DNA of 32,000 nt, from contig BPJU01000019.1 of NCBI GenBank assembly GCA_026004775.1, positions 85,471 through 117,470 on the forward strand, in the 5' to 3' direction. The notes beneath the pieces were generated by a model that was not told the DNA's origin, ran no database searches, and saw only the letters and a list, made by a program, of their open reading frames with translations. The translations under genes and the position numbers were made by a program. The DNA is from Pirellulaceae bacterium. GTDB lineage: Bacteria; Planctomycetota; Planctomycetia; Pirellulales; Pirellulaceae. Positions 19,121 to 27,600 of the stretch are shown here, one piece after another (the first letter of the stretch is position 1; each line of letters opens with the position of its first letter).

Positions 19121-19535
19121 TCGGTAACCAAATCGCGCTTTTGGACTTTCGCGTAGGCCCGGATCAGCTCTTGGGCGTCCGTGATGTCCGTAATCTCCAC
19201 CAGCCAGGCCAGGGGCTCGATGGCCTCCCGCTGGCAGAACCAGTACCGCAACGGCACATCAAAGCCGCGGACCTCGTGGTCCTCCTCGAGCCAGGACTCG
19301 AACAGCCTCTTCGTCACATCCGAGTCGTCCGGGCACCCCTCGTCCCGCCACTGATCCACGGCCTCCCGGATCTTGGGGACCAGAAGCAGCTTGCTCGGCC
19401 GCCGCCCCTCGGCTACCTGCCAACCCGTTGGGCTACTGTCGTCCTGGACGAGGTGCTGAGTCGGTTTCTCCCAGGGCCTGCGTCTCGGGGACTTTGGGGA
19501 GGTCCTTGTCGTAGTGGATGATCGCCTTCTGCCAT
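19121..19535 (-). pseudogene. N-terminal remnant of a type III-like restriction helicase (Res) gene, multiply frameshifted and fused to the fic remnant
   Basis: KLLLVPKIREAVDQWRDEGCPDDSDVTKRLFESWL..LRYWFCQREAIEPLAWLVEI matches my recollection of the N-terminal region of type III Res-like DEAD/DEAH proteins. An ATG at 19535 lies 2 nt after the GATase stop, but reaching this segment needs at least two frame changes (AIIHYDKDLPKVPETQALGE is in a third frame). No helicase motifs follow. Confidence 0.5.
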
Positions 19536-19537
19536 CG

Positions 19538-20323
19538 CTAATCCATCTCCACACACTCGGTTTCCAGGTCACTTGAAACCACCAGGAGGTGTCTCAGCGG
19601 AATTTCCACCCATTCCTCCTGGGTCAACTTTTCTGAACAAACTAGAATAGCCCTCTCGTTATTGAGAGATTTGCTCTCCAGCAGGGCTCTGACCTCCTTT
19701 GACTCGAACCTGATCGGCCTCGGCTCACGCGGATCGCGATTCAGCCAGTAGAGACTGTAGTAGTCGTAATTTCGTGACGCTTCGCGGTATCCATAAAGTC
19801 TTTCTCCATTGCTCAATATGAAGTTGAGGCCTGAATGTTGGAGATTCCGAACCTCTCTCAGCGCTACCTTGATGCCCTTCACTGCGTCTCCCTCGCGTTC
19901 GATGTTCTGCAGGATCCAGTGGAAATACACCTCCGAGTCTGTTTTACCGCGAATGGCAGCATGATGCTCTTCGGATAGGAGCCCCAGGAGGTCTTCCCTG
20001 TTCACACTGCCGTTGTGCGCGAAGAGCCACCTATCCCATTGGAACGGGTGACAGTTCTCCATGGATTTGGCCCCGGTCGTGCCCTTGCGGACGTGAGCCA
20101 CGAAGATCAGTGACCTGGCCTCAGCCGCCCTCCGAACAAACTCTTTACTTTTTCCGGCCTTTTGGGGCTCTTTCACTACCACAGGTTGGCCATCCTCATA
20201 CCACCCAAGGCCCCATCCGTCTGGGTTCCACTCGCTCATGCCCATCAACGTATGGGGCCCCTCAACCAACGAGAACCGCAAATCAACTTCTTTGTTTGCC
20301 ATGATTCCCAGGAGTCTGCACAT
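19538..20323 (-). CDS. Class II (Ntn-type) glutamine amidotransferase, YafJ-like
   Basis: Intact 261-aa ORF starting MCRLLG (nucleophile Cys2), with DGWGLGWY, AHVRKGT and FAHNGS. It is visibly more AT-rich than the core genome. Confidence 0.75.
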   Translation of the reverse strand: MCRLLGIMANKEVDLRFSLVEGPHTLMGMSEWNPDGWGLGWYEDGQPVVVKEPQKAGKSKEFVRRAAEARSLIFVAHVRKGTTGAKSMENCHPFQWDRWLFAHNGSVNREDLLGLLSEEHHAAIRGKTDSEVYFHWILQNIEREGDAVKGIKVALREVRNLQHSGLNFILSNGERLYGYREASRNYDYYSLYWLNRDPREPRPIRFESKEVRALLESKSLNNERAILVCSEKLTQEEWVEIPLRHLLVVSSDLETECVEMD

Positions 20324-20328
20324 GGTTG

Positions 20329-20718
20329 CTATACCTCCACGTCGTACGCCTGCGAGATGTCGTTGCCGAAGATGTCGAACACCTTCACCACGATCCGATA
20401 CCGGCCCGGCTTATCGTAGGTGTGCGGGTCGGAGACCAGGGGAAGCTTGCGGTTCCTGCGGGTGCGATAGGCCATCCAGCCCTGCATGAAGGTGTGGTTG
20501 TGAAAGTTCCAGACAATCGCCCAGTAGTCAATGTAGTCCGACCGCTTCTTGATCTTCGAGCGAATGTCCTCGGGTGTGAGCTCATCCAGGTTGGACGAGG
20601 CGAAGTCCTTAAGTTCCACCTGAGTGGTGCGTTTCTTCGCTTTCTTGCTGCACTTTCTGACAGAAGCTAACACGTATTGTGCCAGACCATTTCCGCTGCA
20701 CTGTGCATAGATGGGCAC
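20329..20718 (-). pseudogene. C-terminal remnant of a Mod-type N4/N6 DNA methyltransferase
   Basis: The tail DYIDYWAIVWNF...W...R...HTYDKPGRYRIVVKVFDIFGNDISQAYDVEV resembles the conserved C-terminal module I recall from type III-like methylases. No catalytic motifs are present. A further protein-like stretch (FRDFDIGNNFFPKVTEEPFFVKIHFAE) continues upstream to about 20860 in another frame. Confidence 0.5.
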
Positions 20719-20776
20719 AGGTTGCCAGCCCTCTCGGCAAAATGGATCTTCACAAAAAACGGCTCTTCCGTAACCT

Positions 20777-21115
20777 TTGGGAAAAAGTTGTTTCCAATGT
20801 CAAAGTCACGGAAGAGCCCATATGCACGACGCACAAATTACATGGAAGCCACCCGAGGAACGGGCCGAATGGGCAGCTTGGCTATCGGCTGCTTTACACG
20901 GACCTCACCGATGGCGACTCCCCGTCATCCTAGTCGATATGTTATTCGCTCACGGACGTCGTACCGTTTCGTCCTGGCTTCGGGGCGCAAACGTCAGCGA
21001 CGATTACCAGGACTACTATTACTTTATAGCCAAAGTAGAACGAAACGCCAAGCGGGTTTGTAGCCGCTTGGGTAGAGTGGACCCATCCTTTGGACCAAGG
21101 GAAGCGGGTTCTTAG
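20777..21115 (+). mobile_element. N-terminal remnant of a DDE transposase (IS701/IS4-like), truncated
   Basis: WRLPVILVDMLFAHGRRTVSSWLRGANVSDDYQDYYYFIAKV resembles the N-terminal region of IS701-like transposases. No DDE domain follows and I found no terminal inverted repeats. It abuts the truncated mod remnant. Confidence 0.45.
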
Positions 21116-21220
21116 CTAAAGCTAGCGGCCGGCGAGGTTGCCAGCGTGCGTTTTTGTGAAGTGAGCGTAGGACATGCGGTTGAGCCACTTGGCGTTTCTC
21201 GGATGCGGAAGGCACGCGCT

Positions 21221-22129
21221 TTAGGATTCGCCTCGCGTTGCCGCCGGCGGGCTTTCTGCCCGAAGCATGATGAGGTCTTGGCCGAGACCATCGGGCAGCA
21301 CGTCAAGGCGTCCGGAGGCGGCGATCAGTTGAGCCGGAGGAATATGGCTAAGGCGAAACGGGAAAAGGCTGGGGGCGTTGAGGAGTGCGCTTAAGCGCAA
21401 ACTTCCGGTCGAGTGCGCGCGCAGGTGAGCTTCAGCCAGCCATGCCGCGAGCTTCGCATTATCTATGGCTAGCGACAGACCCGCAAAGTAGGTACCTTTA
21501 GGGACTGGTGCATCACCCGCCTTGCCGTCATCAAGAACCCCCCAGTCCACCATAGCGCGTAGAACACGCCGAACAGCATCTTTGACCGTCGGCCGTTCAC
21601 CGTATTGCTCCATGAGGCGGCGATGTACCTGCTTTGGAGTTACCGCTCCTTGAAGCCTGAGCAGCCGCCCCACATGGGCTGCTACGGACCACCAGAACGG
21701 GTAAACTGCCATCGTCATGCCCCAGTGGACCGCGATATGGTATTCACGAGGCAGGTATAAGAGAAGCTCGAGACCATCGTGCTGAAGGGGACGGAGTTCG
21801 CGTGGCGGCCGGACCCAGATCTTCATCAGGATGGTGATCACCTTCTCCCGATTGCCGCGAATGCGTCTTTGTGTCGCGCGCCGTGCGTCATGCGTCGATC
21901 TTGGCTCGGGACCTTCTGACGCTTGAGGCTTGACGCTCGACGCCCGGACGCCTCTATCGACCGACAGTTTGTCTTCCAGCAACTCTTGCAGGGCGTTGTA
22001 GATTGACGCCTCGTCGTTTCCGGCAAGCACCAGGTTGGCCGTTCTCTGTAGCCATTCAAGACGGACCCGCTGGCTAAAACCGATCTGGGAAAACCGTCGG
22101 TCGGTCGCGCGTCGTGTGTCGTGCGTCAT
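21221..22129 (-). CDS. brxA: BREX-associated protein in the brxA position of a type 3 BREX locus (BrxA/DUF1819-like; identity tentative)
   Basis: Its ATG overlaps the pglZ stop (ATGA at 22126-22129). The call rests on position plus loose similarity to the DUF1819 layout (HWGMTMAVYPFWWSV; GERPTVKDAVRRVLRAMVDWGVL). It contains an internal repeat of its own N-terminal 12 aa. Confidence 0.45.
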   Translation of the reverse strand: MTHDTRRATDRRFSQIGFSQRVRLEWLQRTANLVLAGNDEASIYNALQELLEDKLSVDRGVRASSVKPQASEGPEPRSTHDARRATQRRIRGNREKVITILMKIWVRPPRELRPLQHDGLELLLYLPREYHIAVHWGMTMAVYPFWWSVAAHVGRLLRLQGAVTPKQVHRRLMEQYGERPTVKDAVRRVLRAMVDWGVLDDGKAGDAPVPKGTYFAGLSLAIDNAKLAAWLAEAHLRAHSTGSLRLSALLNAPSLFPFRLSHIPPAQLIAASGRLDVLPDGLGQDLIMLRAESPPAATRGES

Positions 22130-24243
22130 GACGGGTCTCCTCCGGATGAATTGCGACGCGAGACGTTGGACGCCGGACGCGGTGACGCTCTTTCGATCTG
22201 GACAAGAGGCACGATCAGCTCCTCGACACTAATTCCACCATGACCGACGAGGGTTTTACCCTTCCGCACGAAAGCAGCCCGGTTCGGAGCGATGAGGACG
22301 AGGTAGTCGTCTGGGAGACCCACCGAGGGCCACTCCAAGGACTGCGGGAATCGCGCCTTGATTTTAGCCCTGAGCCTGGGATCGGAGTAAACACGCACGC
22401 GCTCGCCGCGCAGGTCCGCAATTGCCCCTTCGGCAGGCCGCCCTGCCCCTGTCGCCTCGATGTTGCCGTGGTCCGAGGCAAGGTAAACCTCGAAACCGCG
22501 GTTGTGGAGCAGGCGGATGAGGTCCCGCATGAATCCCTGACGGGCCCATTGCCGCACCTGGTTATGCATCCCCGCCGAACCCAACTCCATGCCGTGCATG
22601 ATCCGGTCGACCTTGTCGATGACCAATCCGACGACACGTAGCTTGGGCCGGGAGAGTAACTCGGAGACCTCGTCCATGTCCCCATCGCCCAGCCCCTTGC
22701 CGTAAGCCACCTCATGCAGCGTCAGTCCCTGATCGACCCAGAACTGCGTCCAAAGGGCCGGCTCCTTGTCAGTGGTATGGATACTCGCCGGGAAGTAGAT
22801 CGGCGGCTTGCCGGCAAAGGCGGCCTGCCGGGAAACCGAGGTGATAGTGGGTATCCAGGCGAAGACAGCGTTCTCACGGAACAGCATGCTCGAATCTTGC
22901 TCCTTAAGTACGTCGCGCAAGGCGATCCATTGATCCAGGGCGAGGCCATCGACCATCAGGAAAGCCAGCTTTCCTGCTGGCGGCCGCGATGAGGACTGAG
23001 TGCCGAGCAACGAGTGGGCAAAAAATCGCGGGAGGTGGTGGAGCATAACCGGATTGGTGGCCGGTAAATTGATGAGGCTTGCATAGTGTTGAAGCACCCA
23101 TTCCTGGAAGCGCGAATCTACCAAGCAGGTGATACCCTCAATGCGCTGTCTGTATCCTTCTCCCTCTCCACTCAGCACCCAGTCCTCAGTACTCAGCACT
23201 TTCAGTTGTGCCCAACGGTAGGCGAAATGGAGCCACTCGCCATGACGCGCCCCTACCGTAGGGATCGTCTTCTCGATGGAATCCAGCAGCCCCTCCATGC
23301 GGCGGCGGCGGTCCTCCGTGGCGGAGACTTGGATGCCGTAAGCCACCCAGGTCTTGGCGAGCGCTTGCGATTGCTCGTGAGGAACCGGCTGGAGCAGGCC
23401 TTCGAGGAAAAGGTTGTCGATGTAAACGCGGACATCGGGGTGGTCAAACGGTAGGTGCGGGGTGCGTAGTGCGTGGTGCGTTTCGGCCTCGCGCATCTCG
23501 CACTTCGCACCGAGCACCTCGGCTGCGAAGCGGTCGAGGAACACCGGCCAGCGCTCCTGCAGGAACGCAAAGAATGCTTCCGCGTCCGGAATGATGGCTT
23601 CCAGAGGCCAATCCTCGAACAGGCCGTTTTGACGAAGCACCTGGATTAAGCGCTCATCGAGCATGTCCGGGATTCGTTGTCCGCTGTAATGGCGGCGCAG
23701 CAAGACCCGCAGCAGGTCCGATGGCTGCTTGATGAGTTCCGGTGCGATCTCGAACACATGACGGAGGACGAAATCCTTCGTAGCGTTGTCGCCGAGCTGC
23801 CCCGGCGCGTGCTTCGCCTGCGCATCGAACAAGGCGTCGAGACAGGAGCGGTCGAGTGCCGCTACCACGGGATAACTGAGGTTCGGGAAGAGATCGCCCA
23901 GGTTGAACGAGAGCTTGCGGCCAGCCTGCAAGAGGTCGTAGGGCAAGGCATCGAGATCGCTCGAAGGCGATCTCAGCACCACTACCAGGTCGGTTTCCTC
24001 GCCACGGTCCCAGCGGGAGCGGAACTTGGATTCGTAGGCATAGCGAAAGGCGACATGATCCTCGAACGGGATCAGCTCAAAACCCCGTTCCCGGATCCCT
24101 TCCAGAACACCTTCTTCAAGCAGCAGGCCATCCGGATCCGCGGCCAGGGTAAGCCGGGCGACACCCGCTGTGAACTCCTTCAGTATCTCCGCCCGCCAGG
24201 AATTGAACCACGGATCAACACGGATCGACTCGGATGAATTCAT
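22126..24243 (-). CDS. pglZ: BREX alkaline-phosphatase-superfamily protein PglZ
   Basis: FLMVDGLALDQW, IPTITSVSRQAAFAG, DKVDRIMHG, LASDHGN, GHGGISVEELIVPL. I prefer ATG 24243 (MNSSESIRVDPWF), which overlaps the GxxExxY stop as ATGA. The track start 24261 is 6 codons upstream. Confidence 0.9.
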   Translation of the reverse strand: MNSSESIRVDPWFNSWRAEILKEFTAGVARLTLAADPDGLLLEEGVLEGIRERGFELIPFEDHVAFRYAYESKFRSRWDRGEETDLVVVLRSPSSDLDALPYDLLQAGRKLSFNLGDLFPNLSYPVVAALDRSCLDALFDAQAKHAPGQLGDNATKDFVLRHVFEIAPELIKQPSDLLRVLLRRHYSGQRIPDMLDERLIQVLRQNGLFEDWPLEAIIPDAEAFFAFLQERWPVFLDRFAAEVLGAKCEMREAETHHALRTPHLPFDHPDVRVYIDNLFLEGLLQPVPHEQSQALAKTWVAYGIQVSATEDRRRRMEGLLDSIEKTIPTVGARHGEWLHFAYRWAQLKVLSTEDWVLSGEGEGYRQRIEGITCLVDSRFQEWVLQHYASLINLPATNPVMLHHLPRFFAHSLLGTQSSSRPPAGKLAFLMVDGLALDQWIALRDVLKEQDSSMLFRENAVFAWIPTITSVSRQAAFAGKPPIYFPASIHTTDKEPALWTQFWVDQGLTLHEVAYGKGLGDGDMDEVSELLSRPKLRVVGLVIDKVDRIMHGMELGSAGMHNQVRQWARQGFMRDLIRLLHNRGFEVYLASDHGNIEATGAGRPAEGAIADLRGERVRVYSDPRLRAKIKARFPQSLEWPSVGLPDDYLVLIAPNRAAFVRKGKTLVGHGGISVEELIVPLVQIERASPRPASNVSRRNSSGGDPS
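23171..23198. repeat. 4 x 7-nt heptamer block (CTCAGCA CCCAGTC CTCAGTA CTCAGCA) inside pglZ
   Basis: Read directly. It encodes part of KVLSTEDWVLSGE. Confidence 0.7.
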
Positions 24244-24632
24244 AAGACAACCCTTTTCCATTCGAGTCGTGACCGGCGAAAGTTCAAGATTAGGCCCAGG
24301 GTTAGTCCTGCGATCTTGAGGTAGTTGAGCATCTGGCCGATCTCATGGTCTGTGATTCTCTCGATCACCTTCGTATCGACGACGATCTTGTCGAAGACAA
24401 TCAGGTCGGGAACATACTCCCCGACCTTCACACCTTTGTAGACGACATCGAAGCGAGGTTGCTGCCGGTAGGCAATTCCCTGTCGTTGGAATTCGACAAC
24501 TAAGGCATTCTCATACGGTTTTTCCAGCAACCCATGCCCAAGTGTATTCAAGACTTCCATTGCACAGCCGATGATACGTCGTGTTTCATCTTCATAAATC
24601 AATCTGTGTCTATCCGTGTTCATCCGGGGTTC
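24205..24632. mobile_element. 428-bp inverted-repeat-bounded unit carrying the GxxExxY gene
   Basis: Left end, plus strand 24205-24240: GAACCACGGATCAACACGGATCGACTCGGATGAATT. Right end, minus strand of 24601-24632: GAACCCCGGATGAACACGGATAGACACAGATT. 22 of the first 25 nt are identical. Both end types recur in the 81-bp element at 26243-26323. Confidence 0.6.
24240..24623 (-). CDS. GxxExxY-family protein (PD-(D/E)XK-like fold)
   Basis: 127 aa. IIGCAMEVLNTLGHGLLEKPYENALVVEF..VYKG..VGEYVPDLIVFDKIVVDTK..QMLNYLKIAGLTLGLILNF. ATGA overlaps occur at both ends, with the brxHII stop and the pglZ start. Confidence 0.85.
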   Translation of the reverse strand: MNTDRHRLIYEDETRRIIGCAMEVLNTLGHGLLEKPYENALVVEFQRQGIAYRQQPRFDVVYKGVKVGEYVPDLIVFDKIVVDTKVIERITDHEIGQMLNYLKIAGLTLGLILNFRRSRLEWKRVVL

Positions 24633-27600
24633 CCCTCCACACGGACAAGAAGCAGAGGCGCCATTTCCGGCAAAATCAGCGACCTGCGCTCCAGTTCCGC
24701 CCGAAATCGCTCTTCCTCTTGTTCCAAGAGACTCAGGCGATAGTTACGGACCTGGGGCAGTCCAACGCGCTCGATGGCCCTGCGTCGCGCAGCGAAGGCA
24801 TATTCGCCCTTCTCACGCTCCCGAGCAAGACGCTCCCGGTGGGCCTGCACCAGCTCGTCGTAAACCGTCTTCCCCTGTCGCTCGGCCGCGGCCCGGAGTC
24901 GCTGGAAGGCTTGATGCGACGTCTCGATGTCCAGATGCGCCAGGATCGTGGGTTCCATTACAAGCAGAAGATCCCAGATGTGCCGCGCAGTCGGCGCAAA
25001 CACCCGATCGTCGTCGGCCAAGAACAAAGGCATGATACGCCTCCGGCCGGTCTCGGGTCCCGGGTCCGGAGTCACGAGTCCGTCAGGACGACTCACGAAC
25101 TGCGACTCGTGACTCATGACCGAAATCTGCCAGAGCGACCAGAAACCCGCGATCCCTGGAGCAAGGCCAGAAAGGGTGATGACCGGGACCGGTTGTCCTG
25201 GGGCAAAGGGAGGAAGGCGCATGGCCAGCCCACGCACCCTGGGATCTTCCAGCGTCACGTGGCGGCTCAACGGCTTCTCTTCAGCCTCCTTGCTGGTGAA
25301 GACGACATTGGTCAGTCGCTCGCCATCGGGCCAGGTGAGATCCCAGGCGCCGTTCTTTCTCTCAGCCTTGCCGCCGTGAGCCTTAAGGTAGCTTACCGTC
25401 ATGCGCTCCACCCAATGCGGGAGCGGGTGGGCCAGCAGCCGCTGGGCCTCACGAGGGTCCAAGTCCTCGGTCGAGCCAAGCACGGATGCGCTCTGGCGAG
25501 ACTCCCTCGCCTGTTCCTGAATGCTTTTCACCACGTCATCGATTTTCGTCCCTACCGCTTCGGGATGGAGAATGGCTTCCACATAAAGATCATCGAAGAG
25601 CTGGCCGGCCTGGGCAGAGTCAAGCACGTCACCGGTCTTATCAATGCCGAGCTGCTCGAAGATGACCGCCAATTTCTCCTCCAGCACCTCCAGGACACGA
25701 TGCTCGACTGACTCCTCGAACACAAAGTTGATGGCACGTACGGTGTGGGTCTGGCCGATGCGGTCTACCCGCCCGATGCGTTGTTCCAGGCGCATTGGGT
25801 TCCAGGGGATGTCGTAATTGATGACCACATGGCAGAACTGCAGGTTGAGACCCTCACCACCGGCGTCCGTTGAGATGAGGATGCGGGCATCCTTGGCAAA
25901 AGCGTCCTGGACCCGCTTGCGCTCCTCCATGTCCATCGAGCCGTTGAGGCACACCACCTCGAAGCCTCGCTCGGTCAGGAACTCGTACAGCATCTGCTGG
26001 GTCGGCACGAACTCGGTGAACACCAGCACCTTGAGAGCCGGGTCGCCTTCCTCGGCCTGGAGGCGGTAGATCCAGTCCAGGAGCGCTTCGGCCTTGGCGT
26101 CCGGGCCGTGGCTTTCGCAGCGCTTCGCCGCTTCCAGGAGCAGCTTCACCTCGGCCCGTTCATTCTTTAGTCCCCCCAAGCGGGTAGTCAGCAGGGCTTC
26201 GATCTGCTCCTGCCCTTCAAGATCGGCCCATTCATCGGGAGAGAACCACGGATGAACACCGATGGACTCGGTTTCTTCGTTCAGAAGTTTCATCTGTGTG
26301 TATTCGTGTCCATCCGTGGTTCTTTCTTCGAGCGCTTCGAGGCGCCGCTCCAGGGTGGTGCGGATGGCGCGGGTGCTGGAGACCACCAGGCGCTGCATCA
26401 GGATCATGAGGAATCCGATGTAATGGCGATTTTCAGCGATGGCCTGGTTGTAGCCCTCGCGCACGTATTCGGTGACCGCCTCGTAGAGAAGCCGTTGATC
26501 CCGGTGGCGATCCTCCCAGGAGATCGGTGCAAGCTCCGTGCGCCGGGGTTTAAAAAGGGAATTGCCCTGTGCGTCGATGGCGCGGCGCTTCTCCGTGCGG
26601 ATGACGTAGGGCTGTACCCGCTCCTTCGAAATGCTCTCTTCATCGGGAAACGCTTCCGGGTCTAGCAAAGAAAGGAGGCGCCTAAAATGATCCGTCTTCC
26701 CCTGGTGCGGTGTGGCGGATAGCAACAGCAAGTAGGGCGCGGCCTCGGCCAGCCCCTGGCCGAGCTTGTAGCGGGCCACCTGGTCCGTGCTGCCACCCAA
26801 GCGATGTGCCTCATCCACGATGACCAGGTCCCAGCCGGCGGAAATCAGGTCCTCGAAGCGCTCCCAAGCCGCGCCGCCAGCATTTGATGGGGGCTTGGCG
26901 GAATCCATGGAAACAACGACCTGGTCAAAGGCTCTAAAGGGGTTTGCATCGGAGGTGCGGAGTGCTGAGTGCTGAGCTATGAGAGCTGAGTTATCGCCTT
27001 GCCGCTCAGTCCTCAGTCCTCGTTCCTCATTCCTGTGGATTGCCGAGATGCGTTTGAAGGTTTTGTAGTCCTCCGACATGATCGGATGAAACTGCTCATG
27101 GAAGTGCATCGCCATCTCGGCAATCCACTGAGTCACCAGGCCTTTCGGGGCGATGACCAGCGTCCGCTTCACCAGGCCCCGGAGCTTGAGCTCCCGCATG
27201 ATGAGACCTGCCTCGATGGTCTTGCCGAGCCCCACCTCGTCCGCCAAGAGATAGCGCACGCGGTCACCGGAGACGACCCTCGAGAGCGCTCGAATCTGAT
27301 GCGGCAGCGGGATGACGGACGATTCGATGGGCGCAAGCAGGACGTCCTGAGTCAGCGCATCGGCGACCCGCGCCACCGCGGCGAGATAAGCGATCCCGTC
27401 CACGGTGCCGACACTTGCCTCCTGCACGGGCCGGAGGCGCGTGGCGGGCAACCGCACGACGGTATCCTTGCCCGGCAGCCAGACACGGCAAACGGTCTCG
27501 CCCCAGAGCGTCTGGGTCTCGATGACCCGGCAGAGCTCCCCGTGCTCGGGGCTGTAGTACCACTCGCCTACCACCAGATTAGCAATTTCATCCTTTCTGT

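Noticed and set aside
24581-25711. Plus-strand 376-aa ORF and its neighbours antisense to brxHII (also 26252..26665 and 26999..27613)
   Set aside because: They lie opposite a strongly supported SNF2 helicase ORF. Their N-termini (e.g. ICVYPCSSG) are just the reverse translation of the repeat ends.
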